64,000 nucleotides of DNA from an uncultured Gammaproteobacteria bacterium (GTDB taxonomy: Bacteria > Pseudomonadota > Gammaproteobacteria > Steroidobacterales > Steroidobacteraceae): positions 1,559-65,558 of the forward strand of contig CAWJXS010000009.1 in the NCBI GenBank assembly GCA_963846885.1, given 5' to 3'. Position 1 is the stretch's first letter. Every line of letters starts with the position of its first letter. A model generated the notes under the pieces. The model was given only the letters and a program-made list of their open reading frames with translations, ran no database searches and was not told the origin of the DNA. Shown here one piece after another: positions 11,103 through 23,366 of this stretch. The translations under genes were made by a program, and so were the position numbers.

Positions 11103-12173
11103 ATGTCCGTGCAATGCGAAGTGACAGCGAAGCAGGCCGCCGGCGCGCCGATGAGCGTCTTCGAGCGCTACCTGACGGTCTGGGTGTTCGTCTGCATCAT
11201 CGTCGGTGTCCTCGTCGGGCAGGTGTTCCCCGGGGTGTTTCAGGCTGTCGGGCGGTGGGAGGTGGCGAAGGTCAACCTGCCGGTCGGGCTGCTCATCTGG
11301 GTGATGATCATCCCGATGCTGGTGAAGGTGGATTTCTCGGCCCTGCACGAAGTCCGGCAACACGTTCGCGGCATCGGCGTCACGCTGTTCGTGAACTGGC
11401 TCGTCAAGCCTTTTTCGATGGCGCTGCTGGCGTGGATCTTCATCCGGCACCTGTTCGCGCCGTGGCTGCCGGCCGAACAGATCGACAGTTACATCGCCGG
11501 GCTGATCCTGCTCGCCGCGGCACCCTGTACAGCCATGGTGTTCGTGTGGAGCCGGCTGACCAACGGCGACCCGATGTTCACGCTCACGCAGGTTGCGCTC
11601 AACGACTCGATCATGGTCGTCGCGTTCGCGCCGCTCGTGGGACTGCTGCTTGGCATTGCCGCCATCACGGTGCCGTGGGACACGCTCATCACGTCCGTCG
11701 TGCTCTACATCGTCATCCCCGTGATCATCGCGCAGCTCTGGCGCCGCTCGCTCCTCGCCAAGGGGCAAGCCGCGTTCGACGCGACGATGGCCCGCATCGG
11801 GCCGTGGTCGATTGCTGCGCTGCTGCTGACCCTGGTGCTGCTGTTCGCGTTCCAGGGCAAGGCCATCATCGACCAGCCGCTAGTGATCGCGCTGCTGGCC
11901 GTGCCGATCCTGATCCAGGTGTTCTTCAACTCCTCGCTGGCCTACTGGCTGAACCGTGTCGTTGGCGAGACGCACAGCATCGCGTGTCCCTCGGCGCTCA
12001 TCGGCGCCTCCAACTTCTTCGAACTGGCCGTGGCCGCTGCCATCAGCCTGTTCGGGTTCGAGTCGGGTGCAGCCCTGGCCACCGTCGTCGGCGTCCTGAT
12101 CGAGGTGCCGGTCATGCTGCTGGTCGTGCGCGTAGTCAACTCCACCAAGGGCTGGTACGAGCGCACGGCATGA
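11103..12173 (+). CDS. acr3: arsenite efflux permease, ACR3 family
   Basis: 356-aa polytopic membrane ORF. MSVFERYLTVWVF... is a typical ACR3 N-terminus, so the true start may be ATG 11151. Follows arsC. Confidence 0.9.
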   Translation: MSVQCEVTAKQAAGAPMSVFERYLTVWVFVCIIVGVLVGQVFPGVFQAVGRWEVAKVNLPVGLLIWVMIIPMLVKVDFSALHEVRQHVRGIGVTLFVNWLVKPFSMALLAWIFIRHLFAPWLPAEQIDSYIAGLILLAAAPCTAMVFVWSRLTNGDPMFTLTQVALNDSIMVVAFAPLVGLLLGIAAITVPWDTLITSVVLYIVIPVIIAQLWRRSLLAKGQAAFDATMARIGPWSIAALLLTLVLLFAFQGKAIIDQPLVIALLAVPILIQVFFNSSLAYWLNRVVGETHSIACPSALIGASNFFELAVAAAISLFGFESGAALATVVGVLIEVPVMLLVVRVVNSTKGWYERTA

Positions 12174-13459
12174 CTACTCCAGGTTTGCCCCTGGCTGCCC
12201 GGCTCAACGCAGCGTGCCAGTGCATCTGGGTGGACCGCGACAAGCTCGCAGCCCGGTTGCAGCAGCAGCTGGGCGCGACTGGCCCGGCGCTGCCGGAAGG
12301 CCTGGTCTCGGGCAGCGTCGTCTTCGTCGAGGCGAAGCACGTCCAGGCGATGGATCGCACGATTGCGCTCATCACGCGTGTAGTTCGTTCGGACGCGTTC
12401 GAGGAACGCATCGCCGCAGCCGCGCCGGCGATCGCCCGTGCGCCACGGCCCGCCACCGGCGGGGTGCTCGGTTTCGACTTCCACCTGGGCGCTCCAGAGC
12501 CGCAGCTCATCGAGATCAACACCAACCCGGGTGGCTTGCTGGTGAGCCTGGAGCTTGCGCGCGCTGCCACGGCGTACTGCGATTGCCTGACGGAGCCGCT
12601 TGCGGTGATGTCTGCTGCTGCGGTGCCGCTCGCTGCGGTCGAGGCGCGGGTGGTGGAGGGGTTCCGCGCCGAATTCGGCCGTGCGCGAGGGCAAGCGCCG
12701 CTGCGGACCATCGCGATCGTCGACGACACGCCGGCCGGGCAGTACCTGCTGCCTGAATTCATGCTGTACCGGACGCTGCTCGAGCAGGCCGGTCATCGGG
12801 TCCTCATCGCGGACGCCGCGGATGCCCGGATCGAGGGCGACGCACTCACGATCGGGGGCGAGACGGTAGACCTGGTCTACAATCGCTGCACCGACTTCTA
12901 CCTCGAGGAAGAGAGGCACGCGGCCCTGCGCGAAGCCTACGAGCGCAGCCTCGCTGTGCTCACACCCCATCCGGCGGCGCACGCCCGCTGGGCCGACAAG
13001 CGGGTGCTGGCCTGGTTGCGCGACGAGTCTCTCCTGCGCCTCGCGGGCCTGGAAGACGGCGACATGGCCCATCTCAACGCAACGATTCCGCACACCGAGG
13101 TGGTGGAAGCCGGGCACGGCGCCGATCTATGGGCTCGGCGCAAGGACCTGTTCTTCAAGCCAGCCGACGGCTTCGGCGGCAAGGCCGCCTATCGCGGCGA
13201 CAAGCTGACGCGGAAAGCGTTCGAGCATGTGCTGGCCCATCGTTACGTCGCGCAGGCTGTGGCGCCGACGTCCTCACGCCACGTGCCGCTGGAGGAGGGC
13301 GATGGAGCCGACTTGCGCGTCGACGTGCGCAATTTTGCTGATGGAGGCGAGACGTTGCTGCGCGCCGCCCGGCTGTATCGCGGGCAGACGACGAATTTCC
13401 GCACGGCTGGCGGCGGGTTCGCGCCGGTGCTGACCGTCCCTGACAGCACCGGGCACTGA
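12170..13459 (+). CDS. uncharacterised ATP-grasp-like protein, translationally coupled to acr3
   Basis: ATG 12170 overlaps the acr3 TGA (ATGA). 429 aa with QLIEINTNPGG, LFFKPADGFGGKAAYRG and RLYRGQTTNFRTAGGGFAPV. These resemble ATP-grasp / glutathionylspermidine-synthase-like ligases. Family assignment is tentative. Confidence 0.55.
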   Translation: MTTPGLPLAARLNAACQCIWVDRDKLAARLQQQLGATGPALPEGLVSGSVVFVEAKHVQAMDRTIALITRVVRSDAFEERIAAAAPAIARAPRPATGGVLGFDFHLGAPEPQLIEINTNPGGLLVSLELARAATAYCDCLTEPLAVMSAAAVPLAAVEARVVEGFRAEFGRARGQAPLRTIAIVDDTPAGQYLLPEFMLYRTLLEQAGHRVLIADAADARIEGDALTIGGETVDLVYNRCTDFYLEEERHAALREAYERSLAVLTPHPAAHARWADKRVLAWLRDESLLRLAGLEDGDMAHLNATIPHTEVVEAGHGADLWARRKDLFFKPADGFGGKAAYRGDKLTRKAFEHVLAHRYVAQAVAPTSSRHVPLEEGDGADLRVDVRNFADGGETLLRAARLYRGQTTNFRTAGGGFAPVLTVPDSTGH

Positions 13460-13472
13460 AGAGCGCTGGCCG

Positions 13473-14027
13473 CTATTCGCCCTTGTCGCGGTCGTCCCGC
13501 CCGAAGGGGCGGGGAATGCGCGAGAACACTTCTTCCTGCAGCGACTTGAAGCGCTGGTAATTCTTGTGCGCCACCTGGGTCACCGTCTCGAGGGGGTCGA
13601 CTCCCACCACGTGCTTGAAGCGATCACGCAACTCGCGCTGTTCCTTGGCGAAGAGCTGGATGCTTTCGTCGAGGTAGCGGCCGACGAAGTCCTGCAGGCC
13701 GTTGCCGTAGCTGCGGATCACTTGCGACAGGAAATCGCGACTCATCAGCGACTCGCCGCCGCCTTCCTGTTCCGCGATCACCTGCAGCAGGATGGTGCGC
13801 GTGATGTCCTGCTGCGACTTGCGATCGAGCACGACGAAGTCGATGCGCTCGACCACCAGCCGGCGGATGTCCGCGAGCGTGACGTAGCGGCTTTCGACCG
13901 TGTCGTAAAGCCGGCGATTGGGATACTTGCGGATGACGCGAGGCCCACCACCCTTGGCGGTGCCGCTGCCTTCGCCGCTGCTCTTCGATTTTCTTGCTTT
14001 CGATTTCGTCGCCGCAGTCGTCGCCAT
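13473..14027 (-). CDS. phaR: polyhydroxyalkanoate synthesis repressor PhaR
   Basis: RVIRKYPNRRLYDTVESRYVTLADIRRLV... is a characteristic PhaR N-terminal domain. Confidence 0.9.
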   Translation of the reverse strand: MATTAATKSKARKSKSSGEGSGTAKGGGPRVIRKYPNRRLYDTVESRYVTLADIRRLVVERIDFVVLDRKSQQDITRTILLQVIAEQEGGGESLMSRDFLSQVIRSYGNGLQDFVGRYLDESIQLFAKEQRELRDRFKHVVGVDPLETVTQVAHKNYQRFKSLQEEVFSRIPRPFGRDDRDKGE

Positions 14028-14060
14028 CGTCCTGTGTCCTCGAGCCGGGCTGAGCCGGCG

Positions 14061-14987
14061 CTAGCAAACCACTTGCGGTGCCGTACGTGACGCACAGCCC
14101 GCAAAACCTTCGATGCGCCAATGCCCCAAGGCCCAATTCCAGACTTGGTCCAGCGGCGCGCGTGCCAGTTCCAGCGGGGGCGATTGCCCCAGGAAGTCGA
14201 GCACGCTGACGAGGTACCGTGCCAGTCCGTCGCGATTGCCGACGGCCGGCGCATTCCCCGACTTGGAGAGCTTAAGCCCTCGGTCGTCGACAGCAAGAGG
14301 CAAATGCAGATATCGCACTGCCGGCAGCCCCAGGGCGCGTTGCAGCAGCACCTGCCGCGCCGTGCTGCCGAGCAGGTCGCAGCCGCGCACGACGTCGGTG
14401 ATGCCCTGTGCGGCGTCGTCGACGACCACGGCCAGTTGATAGGCATACAGGCCGTCCCTTCGGCGCAGCACGAAGTCGCCTCCCGTCATGGCCACGTCGA
14501 CTGCTTGCGGCCCCAGGCTGCGGTCGTCGAAGGTGACGGCCCCGGCCGGCACGCGCAGGCGCAGTGCAGAGCCCAGGGCCGACGTTGGTTCGAGCGGAAG
14601 GCAGTCCGCAGGATGGAATAGCTCCTCGCCCGTGCCGGTGGGTCGCGCCATGTTCTCCGGCAGGCGCGCGAGTGCCGAGCGGCTGCAGCGACAGTCCCTG
14701 AGCACGCCCGCGCGTTCAAGTCGTGCGACGGCATCTGCATAGGCGTCGAAGCGATCGCTTTGTCGCAGCACCGGACCGTCCCACTCGAAGCCGTAGGCCT
14801 CGAGCTCCGCCATGATCAGGTCGGCCGCGCCGGGGCGGGTGCGCGGGGGGTCGAGGTCTTCGATGCGCAGGAGCCACTCGCCGCCGTGGGCACGCGCGTC
14901 GAGGTAGCTGCCGACCGCGGCTACGAGGGACCCGAAATGGAGCGCGCCGGAAGGCGAGGGCGCAAAGCGGCCGCGGTAGGGATTCAT
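14061..14987 (-). CDS. gluQ: glutamyl-Q tRNA(Asp) synthetase
   Basis: YRGRFAPSPSGALHFGSL (HIGH-type motif) and LKLSKS (KMSKS-type motif). Lies downstream of dksA, as in E. coli. Confidence 0.9.
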   Translation of the reverse strand: MNPYRGRFAPSPSGALHFGSLVAAVGSYLDARAHGGEWLLRIEDLDPPRTRPGAADLIMAELEAYGFEWDGPVLRQSDRFDAYADAVARLERAGVLRDCRCSRSALARLPENMARPTGTGEELFHPADCLPLEPTSALGSALRLRVPAGAVTFDDRSLGPQAVDVAMTGGDFVLRRRDGLYAYQLAVVVDDAAQGITDVVRGCDLLGSTARQVLLQRALGLPAVRYLHLPLAVDDRGLKLSKSGNAPAVGNRDGLARYLVSVLDFLGQSPPLELARAPLDQVWNWALGHWRIEGFAGCASRTAPQVVC

Positions 14988-14997
14988 GCCCTCACCG

Positions 14998-15039
14998 GAC
15001 CGGAAAGACCGGAAGGACCGGAAGGCGGAGGACCGGAAG
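14998..15039. repeat. 9-bp tandem repeat GACCGGAAG (about 4 copies, one interruption) in the dksA-gluQ spacer
   Basis: gaccggaaa gaccggaag gaccggaag gcggag gaccggaag read directly. Followed by the direct repeat gatcagcg-a-gatcagcg, which spans the dksA stop. Confidence 0.85.
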
Positions 15040-15050
15040 GATCAGCGAGA

Positions 15051-15755
15051 TCAGCGGTAGAAATCGTCCCGGTCGCCGAACTGCTTTTCGCGGCGTTCGC
15101 GGCGTTCCTGCGCTTCGACGCTCAGCGTGGCGACAGGCCGCGCTTCGAGGCGCTTGACGCCGATCGGCTCGCCCGTCTCGAGGCAGAAGCCGTAGCTGCC
15201 ATCTTCGATGCGCTTGAGGGCTTCGTCGATCTTGCGGATCAGCTTGCGCTCGCGGTCGCGGGTGCGCAGCTCGAGGCTGAACTCGGATTCCTGCGTGGCG
15301 CGGTCGTTTGGATCGGGGAAGTTAGCCGCCTCGTCCTTCATGTGCAGCACGGTGCGATCGACTTCCTGCATCAGGTCGTTCTTCCAGACCGAGAGAATCA
15401 TGCGAAAGTGGTCGAGCTGCTCCTTGCTCATGTACTCCTCGCCCTTCCGGATCTGGTAGGGCTGGACGTTGCGCGGGCCGGAAAGCAGGCTGGGGTTCAT
15501 GTCGAGATCGGCGTCTGCGTCGCTCGCAGCGGCGGGTTGCGTGGACGGCTTGGAAGCCGGCTTGGACCTTGCGGTGGCGGGCTTTTCCGCTGGCTTGGCA
15601 GCGGCAGTAACGGTCTTGCGGGGCACGGCCTTTTCCTTGGCAGTCACGGGCTTGGGTGCCGCAGTGGCGGCAGGCTTGGTCGCCGGTTTGGCGGCCTTGG
15701 CAGAAACAGTCTTTGGCGCCTTCGCGGGCTTGGCAGACGGTTTCTTTGCAGTCAT
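15051..15755 (-). CDS. dksA: RNA polymerase-binding factor DksA with an Ala/Lys/Pro-rich N-terminal extension and a Cys-poor C-terminal finger
   Basis: ATG 15755 is preceded by GGGGAG 7 nt upstream. The core matches DksA (PYQIRKGEEYMSKEQLDHF, coiled-coil tip DPNDRA, RLEARP). The first ~90 aa are AKP-rich. Confidence 0.9.
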   Translation of the reverse strand: MTAKKPSAKPAKAPKTVSAKAAKPATKPAATAAPKPVTAKEKAVPRKTVTAAAKPAEKPATARSKPASKPSTQPAAASDADADLDMNPSLLSGPRNVQPYQIRKGEEYMSKEQLDHFRMILSVWKNDLMQEVDRTVLHMKDEAANFPDPNDRATQESEFSLELRTRDRERKLIRKIDEALKRIEDGSYGFCLETGEPIGVKRLEARPVATLSVEAQERRERREKQFGDRDDFYR

Positions 15756-15938
15756 CGACAACTCCCCACTCCGGTTGGAGGCGCGCGATTATACAGGCGG
15801 AACCGCAGCCGTCCACCCCGTAAAAACAGGTTGTCCGGCGCGCTTACAGTCCCGCCGCCCGGGTCCGGAAATGCTGTGAGCCGAGTCCGATTCTTTTAGA
15901 ATTGCCGATTCGCAAGCCTTCCGTGCGCCCCTGGGTGA

Positions 15939-18900
15939 ATGATGCGTCTGACCAAGATCAAGCTGGCCGGTTTCAAGTCGTTCGTGGACCCGACCTCGGT
16001 CGGCTTCCCGACGAACCTGGTCGGCGTCGTGGGCCCCAACGGCTGCGGCAAGTCCAACATCATCGACGCCGTGCGCTGGGTGATGGGCGAGATCTCGGCC
16101 AAGCACCTGCGCGGCGACTCGATGGCGGACGTCATCTTCAACGGCTCGGGCACACGCAAGCCCGTGGGTACGGCCTCGGTCGAGCTCGTCTTCGACAACA
16201 GCGACGGCAAGCTCGGCGGTGAGTATGCGAGTTATTCCGAAGTCTCGCTGAAGCGCGTCGTCTCGCGCGACGGGCAGTCCTCGTACTTCCTGAATGGCGT
16301 GCGCTGCCGGCGCAAGGACATCACGCAGCTGTTCCTCGGCACCGGCCTGGGCTCGCGCAGCTACGCGATCATCGAGCAGAACATGATCTCGCGCGTGATC
16401 GAGGCCAAGGCCGACGACATGCGGGCCTTCCTGGAAGAGGCCGCGGGCATTTCGCGGTACAAGGAAAAGCGCAAGGAAACCGAGAGCCGCATTGCCGGTA
16501 CCCGCGAAAACCTGGCGCGCCTCAACGACCTCCGCGAAGAAGTCGAGAAGCAGCTGCGCCACCTGCAGCGCCAGGCGGCCACTGCGCGCCGCTACCAGAC
16601 GCTGAAGCAGGAAGAGCGCCAGACCCACGCCGAGCTGCTCGCGCTCAAGCTGCGCGAAGTCGAGAGCGAAGCGAGTGCGCGCCAGGCCATCCTCAGCGAA
16701 CGCGACCTCGCGTTGCAGGCTGCGGTCGCTGAGCAGCGCTCCATCGAAGCCGCGATCGAGCGCGCGCGGCAGGAGCACGACGGGCAGTCGGCTGTGTTGT
16801 CCGAGGTGCAGGGTCGCTACTACCAGGTCGGCGCCGACATTTCGCGCACCGAGCAGGCCATCGACCACGCGCGCGAAATCCGCGCCCGGCAGAAGCAGGA
16901 ACTCGACCAGATCGCGCAGGGCATGCAGGACGCCGACCTGCATCGCGTGCGCGACCGCCAGCTGGCGACGGAGCTCGAGGCGGCGCTCGCCGAGATGGGC
17001 CCGGGCCTCGAACAGGCACGCGCGGTCGAGCAGGCGACAGCCGCTGAGCTGGCCGCCGCCGAGGCCGCGATGTCGGGTTGGCAGGAAAACTGGGAAGGTT
17101 TCAACCAGTCGTTGCGCCAGGCGTCTTCTGCCGCTGGCGCAGAGCGCGCGCGCCTCGAGGTCATGGAGAACCAGCTGCGCGGCCTGCTGAATCAGCGGGA
17201 CCGTGCCACGCAGGAACACGGCACGCTCTCCGCAGCCGACGTCGCCGCCACGCTGGCCAGCCTCGAAGGCCAGGAAGCCGAGGCGCGCGAGCAGCATGAA
17301 GCGGCGCGCCACCACATGGACGAACTCGTCGCGACGTTGCAGGCCGAACGCGGCCGCGAGCGTGAACTTGCGCAAGCCGCGCAAGCAGCGCGCCGCGAAA
17401 CGCAGGAAGTCGAAGGCCGCATCGTTTCGCTCGAGGCCCTGCAACGCGCGGCGCTGGGGCAGGGCCAGGGCAAGGTGGTCGACTGGCTCAAGTCCCGCGG
17501 CCTCGAGCGCAGCCCGCGATTGGGGCAGCAGCTGGCCGTGGACAAAGGCTGGGATCGCGCCGTCGAGACCGTGCTCGGCGGGTACCTCGAGGCCGTCTGC
17601 GTCGATTCCCTGGAAGACGTCGCCAGCACGCTCGAGAGCCTGACGGCAGGCACCGTTACATTCTTCTCCGGCGCCCAGGGGCCTGCTTCGTCGGGCCACG
17701 GTGCGGACACGCTCCGTTCGCGCGTACGCGGCGCGGCCGGTCTCGACGCACTGTTTGAAGGCATCGTTGCCACCGATACGCTCGGTGAGGCGCTGAGCCT
17801 GCGGCCACGCCTCCGTGCCGGTCAGTCGGTGATCACGCGCGACGGCATCTGGATCGGCCCCGACTGGTTGCGTGTCAGCCGCGACAAGGATGCGCACGAA
17901 GGCGTCATCGAGCGCGAGGAACGGCTCCGCGCGGAACGCGCGGCGCTCGAGGCGCAGCAGGCGCGGCATCGCAACGCAGAAGCCGATCTCGAAGGGCTGC
18001 GCGGCCGGGTGCGCGACCTCGAAGACCAGCTCGCGAGCCACCAGGCGGTCGTTTCGCGCAGCGGCTCCAGCCACATGAGCCTGCGCTCGCAGATCGACAG
18101 CCTGCGCGCCCGCGCCGAGCAGCGCAGCCAGCGCATGCAGCAGCTCGCGTTCGAGATGACCGAGGTCGAAGGCGCGCTCGAGGCGGCCAATGCAGGCAGC
18201 CGTGCGGCGCGCGGCCGGCTCGAGGAAGCCGTCAATGCGATGGCTGAACTCGAAGACCGCCGCGTCGCACTCGAGGCTGAACGTGAAGGACTGCGCAGCC
18301 AGCTCACCACCGCTCGCGAGCAGGCCCAGGCTGCGCGCACCTCAGCCAACGAAGCTGCCATCCGGGTCGAATCGCGCCGCACCAGCTACCAGTCGCTGCT
18401 GTCGGGTCTGGAGCGGCTCGACGCGCAGGTGGCCCAGTTCGAAACCCGCCGCGCCGATCTGCACGCGCAACTCGAGGCCGGCACCGAAGGCGAAGCCCAG
18501 CTCAAGGTCACGCTCGAAGAAGCGTTGCAGCGCCGCGTGGCGGTCGAAGCCGAGTTCTCGGCGGCGCGCCACAAGATGGAAGAAGTCGACGCCGGCCTGC
18601 GCGCGCTCGACGAACGCCGGCTGGGCGCGGAAGCTGCGGTCGAGGAGGCGCGTTCCGCGCTCGAGAACGTGCGCTTCACCGTGCAGGAGCTCAAGCTGCG
18701 GCGCGAGACCTATATGGAGCAGTTCGCGCAGACGCGCCTCGAACTGCAGGACGTGATCGCCGCGCTGGTCGCAGACGCCAGCGTGCCGGTGTGGGAGCAG
18801 CGCCTCACCGAGACCAGCGAGAAAATCGAGCGCCTCGGCGCGGTCAACCTCGCCGCCATCGAAGAGTTTGCCGAGCAGACCGAACGCAAGGAATACCTCG

Positions 18901-19448
18901 ACCGCCAGTTCGCCGACCTCAACGACGCGCTCAATACGCTCGAAGACGCGATCCGCAAGATCGACCGCGAGACCAAGTCGCGCTTCCAGGACACGTTCGA
19001 TCGGGTCAATGCCGGTCTCGCCCAGAAATTCCCCCGCCTGTTCGGCGGCGGCCAGGCCTATCTCGAACTCGTCGGCGACGACGTGCTCGAGGCCGGCGTG
19101 GCGATCATGGCGCGACCGCCGGGCAAGCGGAACAGCTCGATCAACATGTTGTCGGGCGGCGAGAAGGCGCTCACGGCCGTCGCGCTGGTGTTCTCGATCT
19201 TCGAGCTCAATCCGGCGCCGTTCTGCCTGCTGGACGAAGTCGATGCGCCGCTCGACGAGAACAACGTCGGCCGTTTCTGCGACATCGTCCGCGAGATGTC
19301 CGACCAGGTGCAGTTCATCTTCGTCACGCACAACAAGACGACGATGGAGCTCGCCAACCAGTTGCTTGGCGTTACCATGAACGAGCCGGGTTGCTCACGG
19401 CTCGTCGCGGTCGACGTCGACGAAGCCATCCGCATGGCTGCCATGTGA
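15939..19448 (+). CDS. smc: chromosome partition protein Smc
   Basis: 1169 aa. Walker A GPNGCGKSN, long coiled coils, hinge, signature LSGGEKALTA, Walker B FCLLDEVDAPLD. Confidence 0.96.
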   Translation: MMRLTKIKLAGFKSFVDPTSVGFPTNLVGVVGPNGCGKSNIIDAVRWVMGEISAKHLRGDSMADVIFNGSGTRKPVGTASVELVFDNSDGKLGGEYASYSEVSLKRVVSRDGQSSYFLNGVRCRRKDITQLFLGTGLGSRSYAIIEQNMISRVIEAKADDMRAFLEEAAGISRYKEKRKETESRIAGTRENLARLNDLREEVEKQLRHLQRQAATARRYQTLKQEERQTHAELLALKLREVESEASARQAILSERDLALQAAVAEQRSIEAAIERARQEHDGQSAVLSEVQGRYYQVGADISRTEQAIDHAREIRARQKQELDQIAQGMQDADLHRVRDRQLATELEAALAEMGPGLEQARAVEQATAAELAAAEAAMSGWQENWEGFNQSLRQASSAAGAERARLEVMENQLRGLLNQRDRATQEHGTLSAADVAATLASLEGQEAEAREQHEAARHHMDELVATLQAERGRERELAQAAQAARRETQEVEGRIVSLEALQRAALGQGQGKVVDWLKSRGLERSPRLGQQLAVDKGWDRAVETVLGGYLEAVCVDSLEDVASTLESLTAGTVTFFSGAQGPASSGHGADTLRSRVRGAAGLDALFEGIVATDTLGEALSLRPRLRAGQSVITRDGIWIGPDWLRVSRDKDAHEGVIEREERLRAERAALEAQQARHRNAEADLEGLRGRVRDLEDQLASHQAVVSRSGSSHMSLRSQIDSLRARAEQRSQRMQQLAFEMTEVEGALEAANAGSRAARGRLEEAVNAMAELEDRRVALEAEREGLRSQLTTAREQAQAARTSANEAAIRVESRRTSYQSLLSGLERLDAQVAQFETRRADLHAQLEAGTEGEAQLKVTLEEALQRRVAVEAEFSAARHKMEEVDAGLRALDERRLGAEAAVEEARSALENVRFTVQELKLRRETYMEQFAQTRLELQDVIAALVADASVPVWEQRLTETSEKIERLGAVNLAAIEEFAEQTERKEYLDRQFADLNDALNTLEDAIRKIDRETKSRFQDTFDRVNAGLAQKFPRLFGGGQAYLELVGDDVLEAGVAIMARPPGKRNSSINMLSGGEKALTAVALVFSIFELNPAPFCLLDEVDAPLDENNVGRFCDIVREMSDQVQFIFVTHNKTTMELANQLLGVTMNEPGCSRLVAVDVDEAIRMAAM

Positions 19449-19473
19449 GTCACGCAAGGAAGCACCAGACGCG

Positions 19474-20403
19474 ATGAACGAACTGCGCTGGATACTGCTC
19501 GCCGCCGGAGTGATCCTGATCGCAGCCCTGTACCTGTGGGGCATGCGCTCCCGCTGGCAGGGCCGCGGCGATACCGAGGGTTCGCGTCGTCCCGCCGTGT
19601 TCACGGGCGGGGCGCAGGGATTCGAAACCCAGCTCGAAGAAGCGATGGACGCCGACGCGGCCGACGAACCGGCCGTGCTGCGCGCCGACGCCCGTCGCAT
19701 CGAGCCGACCTTTGGCGGCACGGACGGCTTCGACGCCGATATCGACCTGGACGACGATGGGCTGGATGCGCCACCGCCCCAGCGCCGCGCCGCCATCCTC
19801 GACGACGAAGTGGAACTGGAACGTCCTGCCTTGGCACGCCGCGAGCCCACGTTGTCGTCAGTCCGCACCGAACCGTCTCCTGCGTTTTCGCGGCAGGAAC
19901 CCACCCTGCAGGTCGAGCCCGTCGCACCGTCCCGTCGGGCCGAGCCGACGGCTGCGCCGGAGCCGGCCGCCGCGGCACCGCGCGCGCCGCAGAAGATCAT
20001 CGCGATCCGGGTCACGGCGCTTGCGCCCGCGCGCTTCGACGGCGCGGAACTGCTCGAGTCGCTGCGGGCCGAGGGCCTGGGATTCGGCCGCTACGAGATC
20101 TTCCATCATCTGCATGACGACGGCCGTCCGGTCTTTTCGGTGGCGAGCCTGAAAGAGCCGGGCACGTTCGAAATCGAGTCGATGGAGACGACGCAATACC
20201 CGGGTGTCGCGATGTTTGCCGTGCTGCCGGGCCCGGTACCGGCGGCCGATGCGTTCGACGACATGATCTTCACCGCCCGGGCCCTCGCCACGCACCTGAA
20301 CGGCGCGCTGGCCGACGAGCGCGGCGCGCCGCTCACCGCCTTGCGCGTGGGCAAGCTGCGCGAGGAAGCGCTCGAGTTCGAACGCAGCGCCGGTCAGGCC
20401 TGA
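19474..20403 (+). CDS. zipA: cell division protein ZipA
   Basis: N-terminal TM helix, Pro/Ala-rich linker and conserved C-terminal FtsZ-binding domain (GFGRYEIFHH..., FAVLPGP). Conserved smc-zipA-ligA order. Confidence 0.85.
   Translation: MNELRWILLAAGVILIAALYLWGMRSRWQGRGDTEGSRRPAVFTGGAQGFETQLEEAMDADAADEPAVLRADARRIEPTFGGTDGFDADIDLDDDGLDAPPPQRRAAILDDEVELERPALARREPTLSSVRTEPSPAFSRQEPTLQVEPVAPSRRAEPTAAPEPAAAAPRAPQKIIAIRVTALAPARFDGAELLESLRAEGLGFGRYEIFHHLHDDGRPVFSVASLKEPGTFEIESMETTQYPGVAMFAVLPGPVPAADAFDDMIFTARALATHLNGALADERGAPLTALRVGKLREEALEFERSAGQA

Positions 20404-23358
<2,955 letters not shown>

Positions 23359-23366
<8 letters not shown>

Noticed and set aside
11114-12169. 5' part of the 781-aa ORF 11114..13459, which would overlap acr3 out of frame
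   Set aside because: Only the portion from ATG 12170 (ATGA-coupled to the acr3 stop) looks like protein. The upstream part is Arg-rich off-frame read-through. The same trimming logic was applied to ORFs 40791.., 41726.., 46053.., 48097.., 58089.., 37400..38674 and 62710..63732.
15491-15755. Possibility that the AKP-rich region of dksA is an untranslated leader and translation starts at the internal MNPSLL Met
   Set aside because: The upstream ATG has a strong GGGGAG Shine-Dalgarno at ideal spacing, and the internal Met has none. The region keeps a clean codon periodicity (aag/gcc/ccg). I kept the extension but flagged it for experimental confirmation.
15789-18074. 761-aa minus-strand ORF opposite smc, and the 329-aa ORF at 18342..19331
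   Set aside because: Antisense to the SMC coding frame. Low-complexity Arg/Ala/Leu sequence with no start context.
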